This document shows positions 1-12,661 of a DNA stretch of 64,000 nt, piece by piece (within the stretch, counting starts at the first letter, position 1; each line of letters begins with the position of its first letter). Position numbers and translations under genes: made by a program. Origin of the DNA: Octopus vulgaris. Its lineage: Eukaryota. Where the stretch lies: the NCBI GenBank assembly GCA_951406725.2, contig OX597821.1, positions 57,722,001-57,786,000 of the forward strand. Reading direction: 5' to 3'. Below the pieces are notes generated by a model. The model ran no database searches, had not been told where the DNA came from, and was given only the letters and a program-made list of their open reading frames with translations.

Positions 1-143
1 ACTTGACAAGGTATGCATTATTTTCTAAACTCATTCTTCCAGAGATATGACAACAGAAACAATGTAAATATTTTGCGTATTGCATTATTGATGTGTATAT
101 GTTAAAGGAGTGGTTGTGTCCTTTATGTTGGAAGTTTGTGCGG

Positions 144-226
144 TCATCTGACGAGAATGGTTTCTTTCAAATGATGTAATGTTTCCATTAATCAATTAAA
201 TGAGTCGCTTGAAACGGTCGTAATGA
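144..226 (+). ncRNA. Type I hammerhead ribozyme-like motif with long, degenerate stem II
   Basis: TCAT-CTGACGA(148-154)-56 nt-GAAAC GGTC GTA(220-222)-ATGA. Stem I is TCAT/ATGA, stem III is AC/GT around a GGTC loop, and the cleavage triplet is GUA. Stem II pairs only partly. Confidence 0.6.
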
Positions 227-264
227 ATTGACACTTGTGCATCTTCCTTACTCATTCATATATT

Positions 265-318
<54 letters not shown>

Positions 319-1734
319 GCATTTTGTTGATGTTTGAGCATGTGCATATTATGATATATGGTATTTTACGAGTTTTTGACGCAAAATTAATCTATATGTG
401 TGTGTGTGTGAGACGTGCTTCCACACACTTTTTATTTCTTAAATTTACTCACAAGCCATTTGTCAGCTTAGTGCTTAAGTACTAGACACTTGTCCAAGTT
501 GTCATGCGTTAGGACAGAATTCTAAGCCACATGGTTGCAAAGCGAATTTCTTTAGCCAGACATCCATGCCTGCACCTATACATACGACATTGGCTAAAAA
601 AAAAAAAACTTGATATATTCCGCCGTACAGTATAGTGCCTAATTATTTCATAAATTATTTTGTTATAATAAAATTAAATGTTATCGACCGACATGAAAAG
701 AGCTCTATAAATGCAACATTTTATATTACTTTATATTTCAGTGTTATGTAAGAACTTCTAGTTTTGCAGGATTTGCATTAAATTTTGAAAAGAATTCTCA
801 AAGGTAATTAATCACATATTGAAATAACATAAAAGTGAAAGCCAAGTTTAAAACCGCTAGATACTATATCAAAAGCTATCGTTCCAAATTCCAGTAATTG
901 GTGTCACAGATTAAAGGAAATATTAATAAAGTTATTCTGTAGCATGCCTAATACTATGCACAATTTTTAACTCTCACAAATGTTAAGTGTATATTGTCAT
1001 TAAAATTTACTAGTTTTTCTTTTTTGTTGCTGTTTAACACTCAAGTCAGATTTGATCTTGTTTGTGTTTTTTCGCTTCAAGCATCATGTCGACAATTTTA
1101 AGATTCACTCGTTGGTTGGATGACACTGAGTGGGTGTCACAGTTAATATACAGGCGTAGTCGATATTTCACTCTCAATGACTCGATCCACTTATGTATTG
1201 ATAGTTACTATGTGGAGGTGGAATTATTCCTGTAAGGAGTATGAGTATGAAACGAACAATTCTGCATATCGTTTGCTTGTTGCTTTCGTCATTTTAACAG
1301 TCATGTAACGGAATTCAGGTACAAGTCGAAGACTGGCGTGCAAGAATTCTACGCCTATATTGCATAGATAATAATATGTTCTATACGCACCGTATCCATC
1401 GACCTGCTCATACAAATCCTTAATGTTTCTACTTTAATATGAATATTTGAACTAAAATGAATACTAAACCCTCTCTTTCTCTTTTCCTTTCTTTCTTTTT
1501 TCTCCCCCCCCCCCCTCTCTCTCTCTGTCTATCTTCTTATTTATTCATCAATTCTTTCTGTGATTTTTCTCTCTTTCTATTATAACACTCCATATAGACT
1601 CTACCGCTCTATGTGACCTCTCTCCCTATCGCCGCTGAACTAATGAAGAAAGTGCGGAGATGTTGGTGCTGGTGTATTGATTTACTGAACAACTTGCACA
1701 ATGAATATTATTGTGTGTGTGTGTGTGTGTGTGC

Positions 1735-1817
<83 letters not shown>

Positions 1818-2118
1818 GCCCGTAAATCAACAAAACACTTTTTTCCTCAATGGAAAGAACAACAAAAGTCTTAACAAAAACTTAGTCGTCTCAAGAAGGG
1901 TTCTTAACTCCTGTTTGCAAACAATGGTGATTTCTTCGACTTTGTTAAAAGTTTTGGTTGAAAATTTATTTTTACTGCTATTCGCTGGTGCCTCTGGGAA
2001 AAATAAGTTGACGAAAATTCAGCTTGGGCCATAACGAATGTCTTAAAATTGGAGCGACATGCGTGCTAATTTGTGGACGTGCACAAATTACATTCACGTA
2101 CACACACACACACACACA

Positions 2119-2167
<49 letters not shown>

Positions 2168-2653
2168 CCTGCCTTTTATATATACAGATGTATAATTATG
2201 AGTGTGTATGCGCGTGTGTGTGTGCCTGTGCGAGTGTGTGTCGCTTGAATATACATAAAGTGTATGAAAAATTAATTAGACGAGCACTGGACATATATAA
2301 AGATTAAATATAGTAAATATTTTAAAACTCATATATGTAGATATGTCTTTTATATACATGCTTCAGTATATCTATTATTTACTTATGTATGCGATTATGT
2401 ATAAATCTACATTTCACACATGCACCAAAACGAATACATACATATATGTTTGTATTTATTTATGTATGAGTGTACGCGTACGTACATATATGTATATATA
2501 TATATATATATACATATGTGTGTGTCTATATAAATACATATATATATCGTGATTATACTACTTATTCATAAGCTTATATTTGGGTGTGGTGTTTGGCAGG
2601 CAATATTTGTGTCAAAGTAACACAAGATTGTTGAAACAATGCGTGATACTTAC

Positions 2654-2781
2654 AAATATAATATTTACAAGTGATCAAATATCGATCTACACTGATAGCT
2701 GTGAGAAAGCCAATATTTGCTAGTCCAAACAACATCCCTGTGAAGCCATACCACTGACAACCAGTTGTACCAAAGATCCAC
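2654..2781 (-). CDS. RRH: Peropsin-like opsin (class A GPCR), internal exon encoding ECL1-TM3
   Basis: Translates to (V)WIFGTTGCQWYGFTGMLFGLANIGFLTAISVDRYLITCKYYI, with WxFG, the TM3 Cys, Tyr at the bovine-113 equivalent and DRY. Acceptor ctttttcag|G at 2782 and donor T|GTAAGT at 2653. The phase-2 start matches the upstream exon. Confidence 0.8.
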
Positions 2782-2876
2782 CTGAAAAAGATGAGAAAGA
2801 GAAGTTTCAATTAACGTACGCAAGCCATTTTCTAGAAAATATACACTTTATATATATCCTCTACTTTCTTTTCGTG

Positions 2877-3079
2877 TACGAGGGTTTGCTGAAAAGTTCC
2901 TGGCTTTGGGTAAAAGAGGATCAGTCAATTATGATTTCATTTAACATACTCCCCTCTCAGATTCACACACTTATTGCAGCGGTCCTTTACTTTTTCTAAG
3001 CCCTGTAAAAGAACTCGGAAGGTTGAGCCTCCAACCAGGTCTTTCGCGACAGCCAGGAACTTTTCTTCACCCCCTCGTA
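2877..3079. mobile_element. Mariner-derived MITE
   Basis: Imperfect TIRs tacgagggtttgctgaaaagttcctggct ... agccaggaacttttcttcaccccctcgta with TA ends; about 200 bp, non-coding. Confidence 0.75.
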
Positions 3080-3249
3080 TATTTGTAGGATCTCTTCTGT
3101 TTTTAATTATTTGAAATCTTCCTCTGCTTTCTAACAAAGACACAAAGCCGCATCGTTGGAATGTAGATAACAAAAACTATGTCACGTTTTAAACTTGAGA
3201 AAAGTGTTCCATATTTTTACTGTTCCACTTAGAGATTGTATTTCTGATG

Positions 3250-3636
3250 ATGGAAGCTCTCCGTCGGTTACGGCGATGAGGATTCCGGGTGATCCGAATC
3301 AACGGAACAACCTGCTCATGAAATTAACGTGTAAGTGTGTGAGAACTCCACAGACACGTGCACCCTTAACGTAGTTCTTGGAGGTATTCAGCGTGACACA
3401 GAGAGTGACAAGGCCGGCCCCTTGAAATACAGGTACAACAGAAACAGGAAGTAAGAGCGAGAGAAAGTTGTGGTGAAAGAGTACAGCAGGGATCACCACC
3501 ATCCCCTGCCGGAGCATCGTGGAGCTTTTAGGTGTTTTCGCTCAATAAACACTCACAACGCCCGGTCTAGGAATCGAAACCGCGATCCTATGACCGCGAG
3601 TCCGCTGCCCTAACCACTGGGCCATTGCGCCTCCAC
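3250..3636 (-). mobile_element. tRNA-derived SINE
   Basis: Minus-strand head gtggaggcgcaatggcccagtggttagggcagcggactcgcggtcataggatcgcggtttcgattcc carries Pol III A/B boxes. The body recurs in degraded form near 5070-5240, 37545-37760 and 56170-56350. Confidence 0.8.
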
Positions 3637-4377
3637 GTATTTCTGATATACGAGTTAGCTGCTTCATTTCTTCATCTGAAAATCTCAATTCATCTCGATT
3701 ACCATTTAGCCATCTATTGACTGAACCAAGTGCACCAATTATTATTCGTATAAGTGTGAATTTATGATCTGAGAAACTAAAGTTTTCGAAGCAACTATCC
3801 GTAGTTATCTTTTTTCTCTTTGATATTTGAAAGAGATGGTCTCATCAGCAGCACAGCTGTCTTCTATAACGGTACATACTTTTTTCTTATCTATCCCAAG
3901 CAACAATATTCCGCCTCTTATGTTTACACTTGACAGAAGTTTTCATGGGAATGTTCTACCAACATTCCTTGTGTTGATGTTTTTGTATATATTCAATAAC
4001 ACAAGGTTCCTCTATGTTTATTCCAAGACTGTCTTCCAGACATATAAGCTAGTTAACATCTAGCTGCAGAGTGGATAAAAATTACGCGGGGGTATATTTG
4101 CTGCACTGCTATAAGTCTACATTTTTCTTTATTCCTTTTGATTTTCACTTACGGATAACTTTCAACATCTTCTCTATCATAGGCGTAGACATGGCTGTGT
4201 GGTTAAGATGGTTGGTTTGCAAGCAGATAGTTTCTGGTTCAGTCTCAATGTGCGGCACCATGGGCAGGTATCTTTTTCTATAGCGCTGACCCGACCAAAC
4301 CCTTGTGAGTGAATTTGATTCATGGAAACAATTCAAGATCGTCATGTGTGTTGTGTGTGTGTATGGGGGGGGGGGGA

Positions 4378-4717
4378 ACCAGACAAAAATTGCCGCAGCT
4401 CGGCTGGGATGTGTTACCCCTCCCTCCATATTCACCAGATATTGCTCCTTTGGATTTCCTCTTATTCAGGTCTCTGCAAAATAGTCTTAACGGTAAAAAA
4501 TTTCAGTTCCTTGGATGACGTAAAAAGATACTTTGATAAATTCTTTGCCATGAAACCACTTCAATTCTGGGAAGTGGGTATTTTCAAGTTAAAGGAAAGA
4601 TGGAGACGCATTGTGCAACAAAATGGTTCATATTTGGTTGATTAAAATGTGATGGCAAGTATTTATTGACCTTTTTCTTTCCTTTAAAAATCGGCACGAA
4701 CTTTCCGGACAACCCAA
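4378..4717 (+). mobile_element. Mariner (DD34D) element, 3' fragment
   Basis: LGWDVLPLPPYSPDIAPLDFLLFRSLQNSL and GIFKLKERWRRIVQQNGSY. The 3' TIR aaaatcggcacgaactttccggacaacccaa is followed by TA. Confidence 0.9.
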
Positions 4718-4784
4718 TAGTATTAATATATAATAATCTAGTAGTGATACTTATCTCGTGTACGTAATAAATTTCTCTTCTCTT

Positions 4785-4851
<67 letters not shown>

Positions 4852-4869
4852 TTCTCTCTCATTTTGTTA

Positions 4870-5000
4870 TGTTTGTACTGGCCCGGGCTGAAATGTGATA
4901 AGAAATTTAGCTCTTGATTGAGTGAGAAACTTTTACTGCGACCCGGCAACGAACAACAAGCATTAGCACTAGATCCGGCAACGCTGGGTCATAGTGCTAG
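4870..5000 (+). mobile_element. Helitron-like 3' terminus
   Basis: Subterminal hairpin gatccggcaacgctgggtc followed by atagtgCTAG|T; same architecture as the end at 59531-59559. Confidence 0.55.
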
Positions 5001-5436
5001 TATACAATAGGTAGTGTTGGAGTTGATATATTATATACTTCATATTATATGCATGGTGGAACTTCTGTCGGTCTCGACGACGAGCATTCAGTTGTTCGAA
5101 CAACTGAGTCAACTACTCATTGAGCCAGAATGTGATAGGTTAAGTATTTCACTGTCATATAAAACCCTTAAAGTAAATGTCAATTACAGTTAGTGTGATA
5201 CAGTGTGACAAGGTTGAACTTTTGAATTGCAAATAGAATTCACCTGACAGTCTTCCTCACAGTTTCCGTCTACCCAATTTACCTCACAAGGCTTGCCAAT
5301 CCATGCGACCATAACTAGAGCCTTATAATGGCAAAGAGAACTTGCCAACTAGACGACCATAATGCGCGTTATAGCAATGGTGCTAGTGATCTTGTGATCC
5401 TCCAAATATTTTCAGCTTGAAAATAGTAAAAGCTAT

Positions 5437-5601
5437 TAGGCGTAGGAGTGGCTGTGTGGGAAGTAGTTTGCTTACCAACCGCATGGTTCCGGGTTCAGTC
5501 CCATTGCGTGGCACCTTACGCAAGTGTCTTCTACTATAGCCTCGGGCCAACCAAAGGCTTGTGAGTGGATTTGGTAGACGGAAACTGAAAGAAACCCGTC
5601 G

Positions 5602-5632
<31 letters not shown>

Positions 5633-5633
5633 G

Positions 5634-5692
<59 letters not shown>

Positions 5693-5955
5693 GTGTATGT
5701 GTGTGTGCGTGTGTGTGTGTGTGTGCGTGTGTGTATATGTTTGTGTGTCTGTGTTTGTCCCCCCAACATCACTGGACAACCGATGCTGGTGTGTTTACGT
5801 CCCCGTAACTTAGCGGTTCGGCAAGCAAGACCGATAGAATAAGTACTAGGCTTACAAAGAATAAGTCCTGGGGTTCGATTTGCTCGACTAAAGGCGGTGC
5901 TCCAGCATGGCCACAGTCAAATGACTGAAACAAATAAAAGAATAAAAGAAAAAGA
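5437..5955 (+). mobile_element. Dominant composite SINE (tRNA-like head, internal (TA)n/(TG)n tract, conserved 3' body)
   Basis: Head ggcgtaggagtggctgtgtgg...ggttcagtccc; body gaataagtactaggcttacaaagaataagtcctggg...gctccagcatggcc..cagtcaaatgactgaaac. Many copies in the window. Confidence 0.85.
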
Positions 5956-6489
5956 ATAATCAGTATCAGTTTTCAAACTCTCATTTGGTGATATGGAATC
6001 ATTTTGTTCGACTAACCATTACAAGGTCTTGCTCCAGTATGGCCGCAGCCCAATGACCGAAATAAGTAAAGCATAAAAGATATTGTAACAGTTTCCTAAA
6101 TGCTTATTTGCATTACTCCAACGATTGCCAGTTTTTTTTTTTGTTGTTGTTGTTGTTTTTTTTACAATAATTGGATTGTAATTATTCCTTTAAAAGCAAG
6201 TTTATGAATTTTATTCGGTCCGTAATGGAGTCCACTAAAAGTCATAAAATGTCAGACGGTCCACTATTATTATTGTCACCGAAGTTGCATTTTCCGCTGG
6301 CTTTCACCTTCCTAGTTGTATAAATGTCCCGCAGCTTGTGAAAGAGAATTGCTCTATTCAGCTGTAGCTGGCCTTCGTATTCTTCCTTCATATTGCTAGG
6401 ACCACACGTTGCTATGACTCTGAATGATATCGTTTGGCACAGCTGACTCGACGGCGGCGGTACATTTTGGCATCGGAGACAGACAAACG

Positions 6490-6535
<46 letters not shown>

Positions 6536-7045
6536 CACAGCCATACACACAGAGACAAAAACACGCTGACATACAGGCACACACGCAGAAATATATACAT
6601 ATATACATAGAAATAGAAAGAATGAGAGAGAGAGAGAAGGGAGAGAGAAAATATAATGACTAATTGAACACGACTGACATAGACACTTTTCCTCACACAT
6701 ACAGGTGTATGCTTACACTTATAAACACATACAGAGAGTGAGAGGCAGAGAAGGGAGAGAGAAAAAGAGAGAGAGAAGAGGGAACGAAATATTGATACGT
6801 CTGATGTCAAATAGGTCAGCGGCTACGCAATGATGTCAAACAGTCGGCGCCAAAACTGCTGTGCCAAGTGGCTCATATGCGTTCTGGGTATATTTGTACC
6901 GTTAGACATTGATGTGCGGATAAAATCAATTATATAAAAAAAGGAATTAAGACAAAAAGTGAAACAAAAAAGAAATAGAATGAAAAGTTTGGAGAAGAAA
7001 GACAAAAATGGTGTGAGAGAATAAGGAAAACATGCAAAAACTTAC

Positions 7046-7208
7046 ACTCGTTTAAAACTTGATATCCCTGCAATTGGGAAGAGACAAAGACACATCCCAA
7101 TGTCATTAACAGCCAGATTAATAAACAACGTATTGGTCGGCGTTCTCAATGCTTTGTATATAGAGAACATGGATAGTACAATGCCATTTCCGAAAACTCC
7201 TATCAGTC
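7046..7208 (-). CDS. RRH: Peropsin-like opsin, internal exon encoding TM1-ICL1-TM2
   Basis: Translates to (G)LIGVFGNGIVLSMFSIYKALRTPTNTLFINLAVNDIGMCLCLFPIAGISSFKR(V), close to vertebrate peropsin YKELRTPTNAIIINLAVTDIG. Acceptor tttattgacag|GA at 7209 and donor GT|GTAAG at 7045. It splices in frame (GT+G = Val) to exon 2654-2781. Confidence 0.8.
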
Positions 7209-8661
7209 CTGTCAATAAACAGAAAATTATAGAAATGAAAATTGGAGGTATTTTTAGTCGAACACAGTGGATAGTTGACGTCAAAATGAAATTCTGTGTA
7301 AAGGAAAGTGTTATGCATATGATATATTTGATATGACAAGAGAGTGTAAAACTAGATATTATATAAAATGCATTGCTATGTGGTTAAGGAGTTCGCTTTG
7401 CAACCGCGTGGTTTCGAGTTCGGTCTCAATGAGCAGCACCTTGGACAAGTGTCTTTTACTATAACCCCAGGCCGACCACACCACCGTCACTAAATAAAGA
7501 AGGAATTCTACCATGGATTCAATACTTCAATACTCCGACAGTTGGAGAATGTCATAGATGTGATTGATCTTCAGAATTTGATTAGCACATTATTTTATCG
7601 AATTTAAATGTAAGGCAATGTTGATCATGGTGAGATTTAACTTATAACTTTAAAAAGAGTAATTAGTGTAAAAAACGCAAAACCTTTTGTCCCTTACTGT
7701 ATTGGTTCTGCTAATTTTCCTCTTTTCCCTGATTGAATAATAAAGAAATGTTAAGTATTGATTTTATTGGATTACATAACACTACGTTGCCACTTCGAGG
7801 AATTCGATTCCGTTTCTGTAAAATGAGAATAATTTTATATCGTATTTTTCAAATATACAAAGTTATTCTGATGCAATTACACCTAAGCATGGACTGTCAC
7901 CGAGACGTCCTCTGAAATAAAAATCAACAGGCTAGAAGTTACTTTATTTCAGAATAAAGTATATTCACGCTAAATATATTATGAATTTTGCCGAAAAGGT
8001 TTATACATAAGTACACACACACATACATACATACATACATACATACATACATACATACATACATACATACATACATACATACATACATACATACATACAT
8101 ACATGTGTGTGTATACGTATATGTATGTATATATAATAATAAATAATATATATGCATATATGGGTACAGGACGTCACCAACTGTGTAAACAACATGAAAT
8201 ACGTAGACAAATGAGTTAAATACGTAAGCAACGAGAGAGAAAAATAGAAAACAGGACAAGTAAAGAGAGAGAAACGACCCTTCATCAGTTGTCGGCTGTC
8301 TATCTACTCCTCATTTCGAGCATTCAACGACAATATGAGTCTTCAAAGACAGTTGCTCCCATAAATTCTAAAATAAAATTTAGGATTTATGGAGGGTCAA
8401 AGTTGGGGTAAAAACAGAACAGTGAAGACATACTAGAAAACTGAACGAAAACAAATATGAAGTGTCGTTAGACCACGAAGAGAGGAAAATAGTGAACGCT
8501 GGTAGAAATATTTTCTCTCGAAAGAGAAGAGATAGAAGAGAGAGAAAAAACGTCCAGTCCTTTGAACGTCGTGCAGAAAAGGAAAGATGGTCACGTGAGG
8601 AAAGGAAAGATGGACGATGGTCACGTTTGAGCAACAGGAGATAGAAAGATAGATAGATGGA

Positions 8662-8796
<135 letters not shown>

Positions 8797-9022
8797 GACA
8801 AGTATTCTCTGTATAGAGTGCACTTCGTAGTGCTCAAAAGATTTGAACTTGAACGGGTAAAGTTGTAAACGCAAGGACAAGCTAGTGAAACAAATTGATA
8901 TACAAAAAATATTAAATACGTCTAATGCATAAAATATACGTATGTATGCATATAAAAAAGTCCGATTTACACAGAATATAAATGATATCAGGAATTAAAG
9001 GGGTTGAGTAAAAGTTTTACGA

Positions 9023-9115
9023 GTCCAATAGCTGCTTCTGGGGGCTTGATTGTCCAAAATAATGATTGTAAATTGATTTCATCATCGAATACCACCAGCC
9101 TCCGTCTTCAGGGAA
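9023..9115 (-). ncRNA. Degenerate hammerhead motif with long stem II, in a PLE-type repeat (~9000-9330)
   Basis: ccCTGAAGA-cggaggct...66 nt...agccccca-GAAGC AGCT ATT-gga. The core has substitutions. A homologous copy lies at 13677-13800. Confidence 0.45.
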
Positions 9116-9439
9116 GAATTTTACATTTGAGGTGTTGATAGAATGAAGTTTAAAGATGGAATGATTTTATGGAGAAGTAAGTGTATTAGGAGTTGGTGGG
9201 GTTAGATAGAGAGTAGTGAGAGAAGAAAATAGATTTCGGGTTAGGGTTAATAATGTAGTTAATATTTTTCATATATCGAATTGCCTAACTTGCTTGTCTT
9301 TACATTTACTCCTATATACAGGATGCGTAAGATATTTGAGAACAGATTTATGATTATAAAATTCATATATGATAACATATCATATATATGATAACTTAAT
9401 TTATCGAAAAATCCTATGAAGATAAAAATAAACCTTCTT

Positions 9440-10540
9440 TTCTATAATGTTATTCAATAAAGCCACGTTCAGCTTCAACAACTACTATATGAGATCTAAA
9501 TCATCTACAAGCTCGAATCAAGTGATCCTGGTTCATTTTGGACATTGCTCTGACTATGGTAGCTTTCAAAAAATCTTTGGTGTTATGGGCATGTTCATTG
9601 ACCTCTCTCAACAACGCTTCACATGTAATAGTTCAATGGATCGAGATCTGGGGAATTAGGAGGTCAAATGTTAGGAGTTATGTGGTCATGAAAATGTTCA
9701 GCCATCCATTCCTGTTACTAGAGCCATGTGTGATAGTGCAGTGTCTTAATGAACCACACACGCCCTTCTATTGCATACACTGACCTATCCAGGGCTTAAC
9801 AATTGTTTCCAGAACCTCAATGTAGGCGACAGAGTTAACTCTAAGGCCTTGTGGAAAGAAGTATGGAGGCATCACATGTCCTTCATAGCTGACAGTCCGT
9901 AAAACCATGACAGTTGCAGGAAATTTTGCATGCATAACACTTGGAACTTTAGAAAAGTCTGCACATAACCCTCTGTCATTTTTTCTGTTAACTTTTTTTA
10001 TCTTGATCGAAGTTTTTCTCGTTTGAGAAAAACCAAATCAAATCTTCTTCTGCTGGATTTTTCAGTTTGTTTAAGAACCTTTTAGATCTGATGTAGTGAT
10101 TTTCTTTTGCTTTTTCTAACAAATTGAACTTTCCTAATTTCGTAAACAACATTTCTGACTGTTCCTTCAGACACATGAAATCTTTTGCAATTGACTTCAT
10201 GGACTTTCTGGGGTTGTAATCAAGGGCTTATTGACGTTGTTGGATGAATTCGGGTGTTCTGATGATTTCAGAGCAAGTAGAATGCTTTTTAGGCTTTGAT
10301 ACTGGTGATACGTTTCCATCTTCAGTCGCTAGCTCCTTACAAACTTTGTAAACGAAAGATCTGGCAACTTTAAAACATCGAAATATTTCTAAATCGCTAT
10401 GCTCAGCCTTTATAATCACAATAATAGCATGCCTCTTCATTTCTTAAAGCTGAGGGTCTGCCATTATTATTTTCTGAAACAAAGATTATACAGAATTAGC
10501 AAAAATGTAGCAATGACCCCAAAAAGGTATGTCCCCTCAT
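9440..10540 (-). mobile_element. Decayed Tc1/mariner-superfamily transposon (maT/DD37D-like)
   Basis: Fragments MKRHAIIVIIKAEHSDLEIFRCFKVARSFVYKV (HTH), LIWFFSNEKNFDQD and PPNSPDLDPLNYY, with stops and frameshifts. Confidence 0.8.
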
Positions 10541-10544
10541 AACT

Positions 10545-10630
<86 letters not shown>

Positions 10631-11685
10631 GATATGTATATGTGTATACATATATATATATATATATATACACATACATAAACAGAGAGGAAATAGGGGA
10701 GAGAAGACGAGAGAGAGAGAGATCACATCCTAATAATTGCTTAATAGCATTTTATATACCAAGCATCTTAATAGCGATATAGAAACCAAGTAAACGGTAG
10801 AAATAAGCATAAAGATTTAGAAATAGAAAAAGAGACGAAGAGAATCCTCAGAAGATATTCTTTGAGAAGTGTTATCTTTCTACTCTTAGACACGTCAATT
10901 AGATTTTACTGGAACACATCACTGGATGAATATTCCCTTGAGATTACATGAGACAATTATGGAATATCACTTTTTTTCCTATTTTTCTTCCTTTTTGTTT
11001 ACTCCTTTCAGAAATCATTATTTGTTATTTCGGAAGCTTCGGATTGAAAATAAGATTGGATTTCTGAAATTGTAGCAAACACGAGTATAATACAGAACAA
11101 CTGAACATTTTAGGTATAAAAAAATAATTGAGATAAAGTTAGATGTAACACGAAACTGCATTAGCTACTTGTAGTGCTTCAATATTCGACTAACTTTATC
11201 ATTTCTATTATTTAGTTTAATAGAGAGAAATATCATTTTTTTTTTCTAAATACCTGTTCAACATTTTGTTTAAAAGAGGGAAACAACTTTTTAAAAAAAA
11301 TTCAATATCATTTCTCTTTTAAATTCAAGTTTTTGATTAGCTCTCATGTTCAAGAACTTGCCTTTAGATAGAAATATACACATACATGACAATCAGTACA
11401 ACCTCCCATACTTGTTAAGGTTGGAATTTCAAGTTCTTGGAGGTTTCAATGTTTATTCTTTGACACGACTGATTCTAACGCTGGAACAAAAACTAAATTT
11501 AATAAGAGTTTTGGCGGCTTATTGAATCAATTTCAGCGTATTGCTGAAATCGCATACATATCTTTGTGTGTGTGTTTGTTGACATACACGTGCTCCAGCA
11601 TGGCCACAGTCTTTGGGCTGAAACATATAAAAGAAGTATAAGAAATATATATGCGTGTGTATACATATACACTCGAAGGGCTTCA

Positions 11686-11971
11686 ACACAGTTTCTGTCT
11701 TTTAAATTCACAATTCACACAAGGCAACGAAGATACTTGTGTATAGACGAAGATACTTGTTCAAGATAGTTGTGAAGTGGGATTGAACCTCGAAACCACG
11801 TTGTTGAAAAGTGAGCATCTTAATCACACAGTTTCTGTCTTTTAAATTCACAATTCACAGAAGGCAACGAAGATACTTGTGTATAGACGAAGATACTTGT
11901 TCAAGATAGTTGTGAAGTGGGATTGAACCTCGAAACCACGTTGTTGAAAAGTGAGCATCTTAATCACACAG
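11686..11971. repeat. 140-bp tandem duplication of a SINE fragment
   Basis: acacagtttctgtcttttaaattcac...gagcatcttaatc starts at 11686 and again at 11826, near-identical. Confidence 0.9.
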
Positions 11972-12398
11972 CTTCGTCTGCGCCTACGTCAAAATCCCAA
12001 AACGACTATCTATTTCTGGCAATTTAGGGCAAGGGAATCATCGATCATATCAGCCCCTTTGCAAGACTGCAACTTATTTTATCGAGCCTTCACGTTTTGT
12101 GTCCAAATTCCGATGGGACAATATTGTCTTTCGTCCTTTCGGGGGTCGCGAAAATAGATTCCAGCTGAGCAATACATATATATATATATATATATATAAT
12201 AGAAATATTAAAATTACTAAATCTCTCTAAAAGAGATTACGGCAGCGTTACTGGAAATTAATTGTTATCGCCATATTAATATGGCAGTCTTATAGATATA
12301 AGACTAAAGCTGTCGCTGATTAGCTCCATGAGGCCATCGCCTTAAGCTAGCTATTTGACACACAAACTGTGTCCATTATAACCTTCGAACAAGGGAGG

Positions 12399-12453
<55 letters not shown>

Positions 12454-12588
12454 ACATATAAACAAAGGCAAAAGGAAAAATTTCTAATGCCAAATATGCC
12501 GAAAATAGACTTAAATCGTCAATAACCATATAATTCATCACCATAAGCACGTGTCTCGAAGTAAACTGACAGAAATTTCTTAAAAATT

Positions 12589-12661
12589 CCGTTATTATCG
12601 TATCGGTCCCGATTTCAGAGTTAATTCATAAGAATTTTCTCCTCGTCAGCGATATAAACGG
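12589..12661 (-). ncRNA. Type I hammerhead ribozyme, well preserved
   Basis: ccgtttatatcg-CTGACGA-ggagaaaattcttatgaattaactct-GAAA-TCGG GA CCGA-TA-cgataataacgg. Stem I is TATCG/CGATA plus CCGTT/AACGG, stem II is GGAG/CTCT plus AATTC/GAATT, and stem III is ATCGG/CCGAT. Cleavage triplet AUA. Confidence 0.8.

Noticed and set aside
3560-3636. tRNA genes at SINE heads
   Set aside because: A/B boxes are present, but the heads run straight into SINE bodies and I could not form a complete cloverleaf.
7209-7284. Upstream extension of the opsin ORF as its N-terminus
   Set aside because: Starts at TTG and precedes a good acceptor at 7209, so it is more likely intron.
10759-10845. Candidate opsin exon 1 (minus frame YAYFYRLLGFYIAIKML-G)
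   Set aside because: Weak donor (GTATAT), an in-frame upstream stop with no upstream Met, and poor TM1 register.
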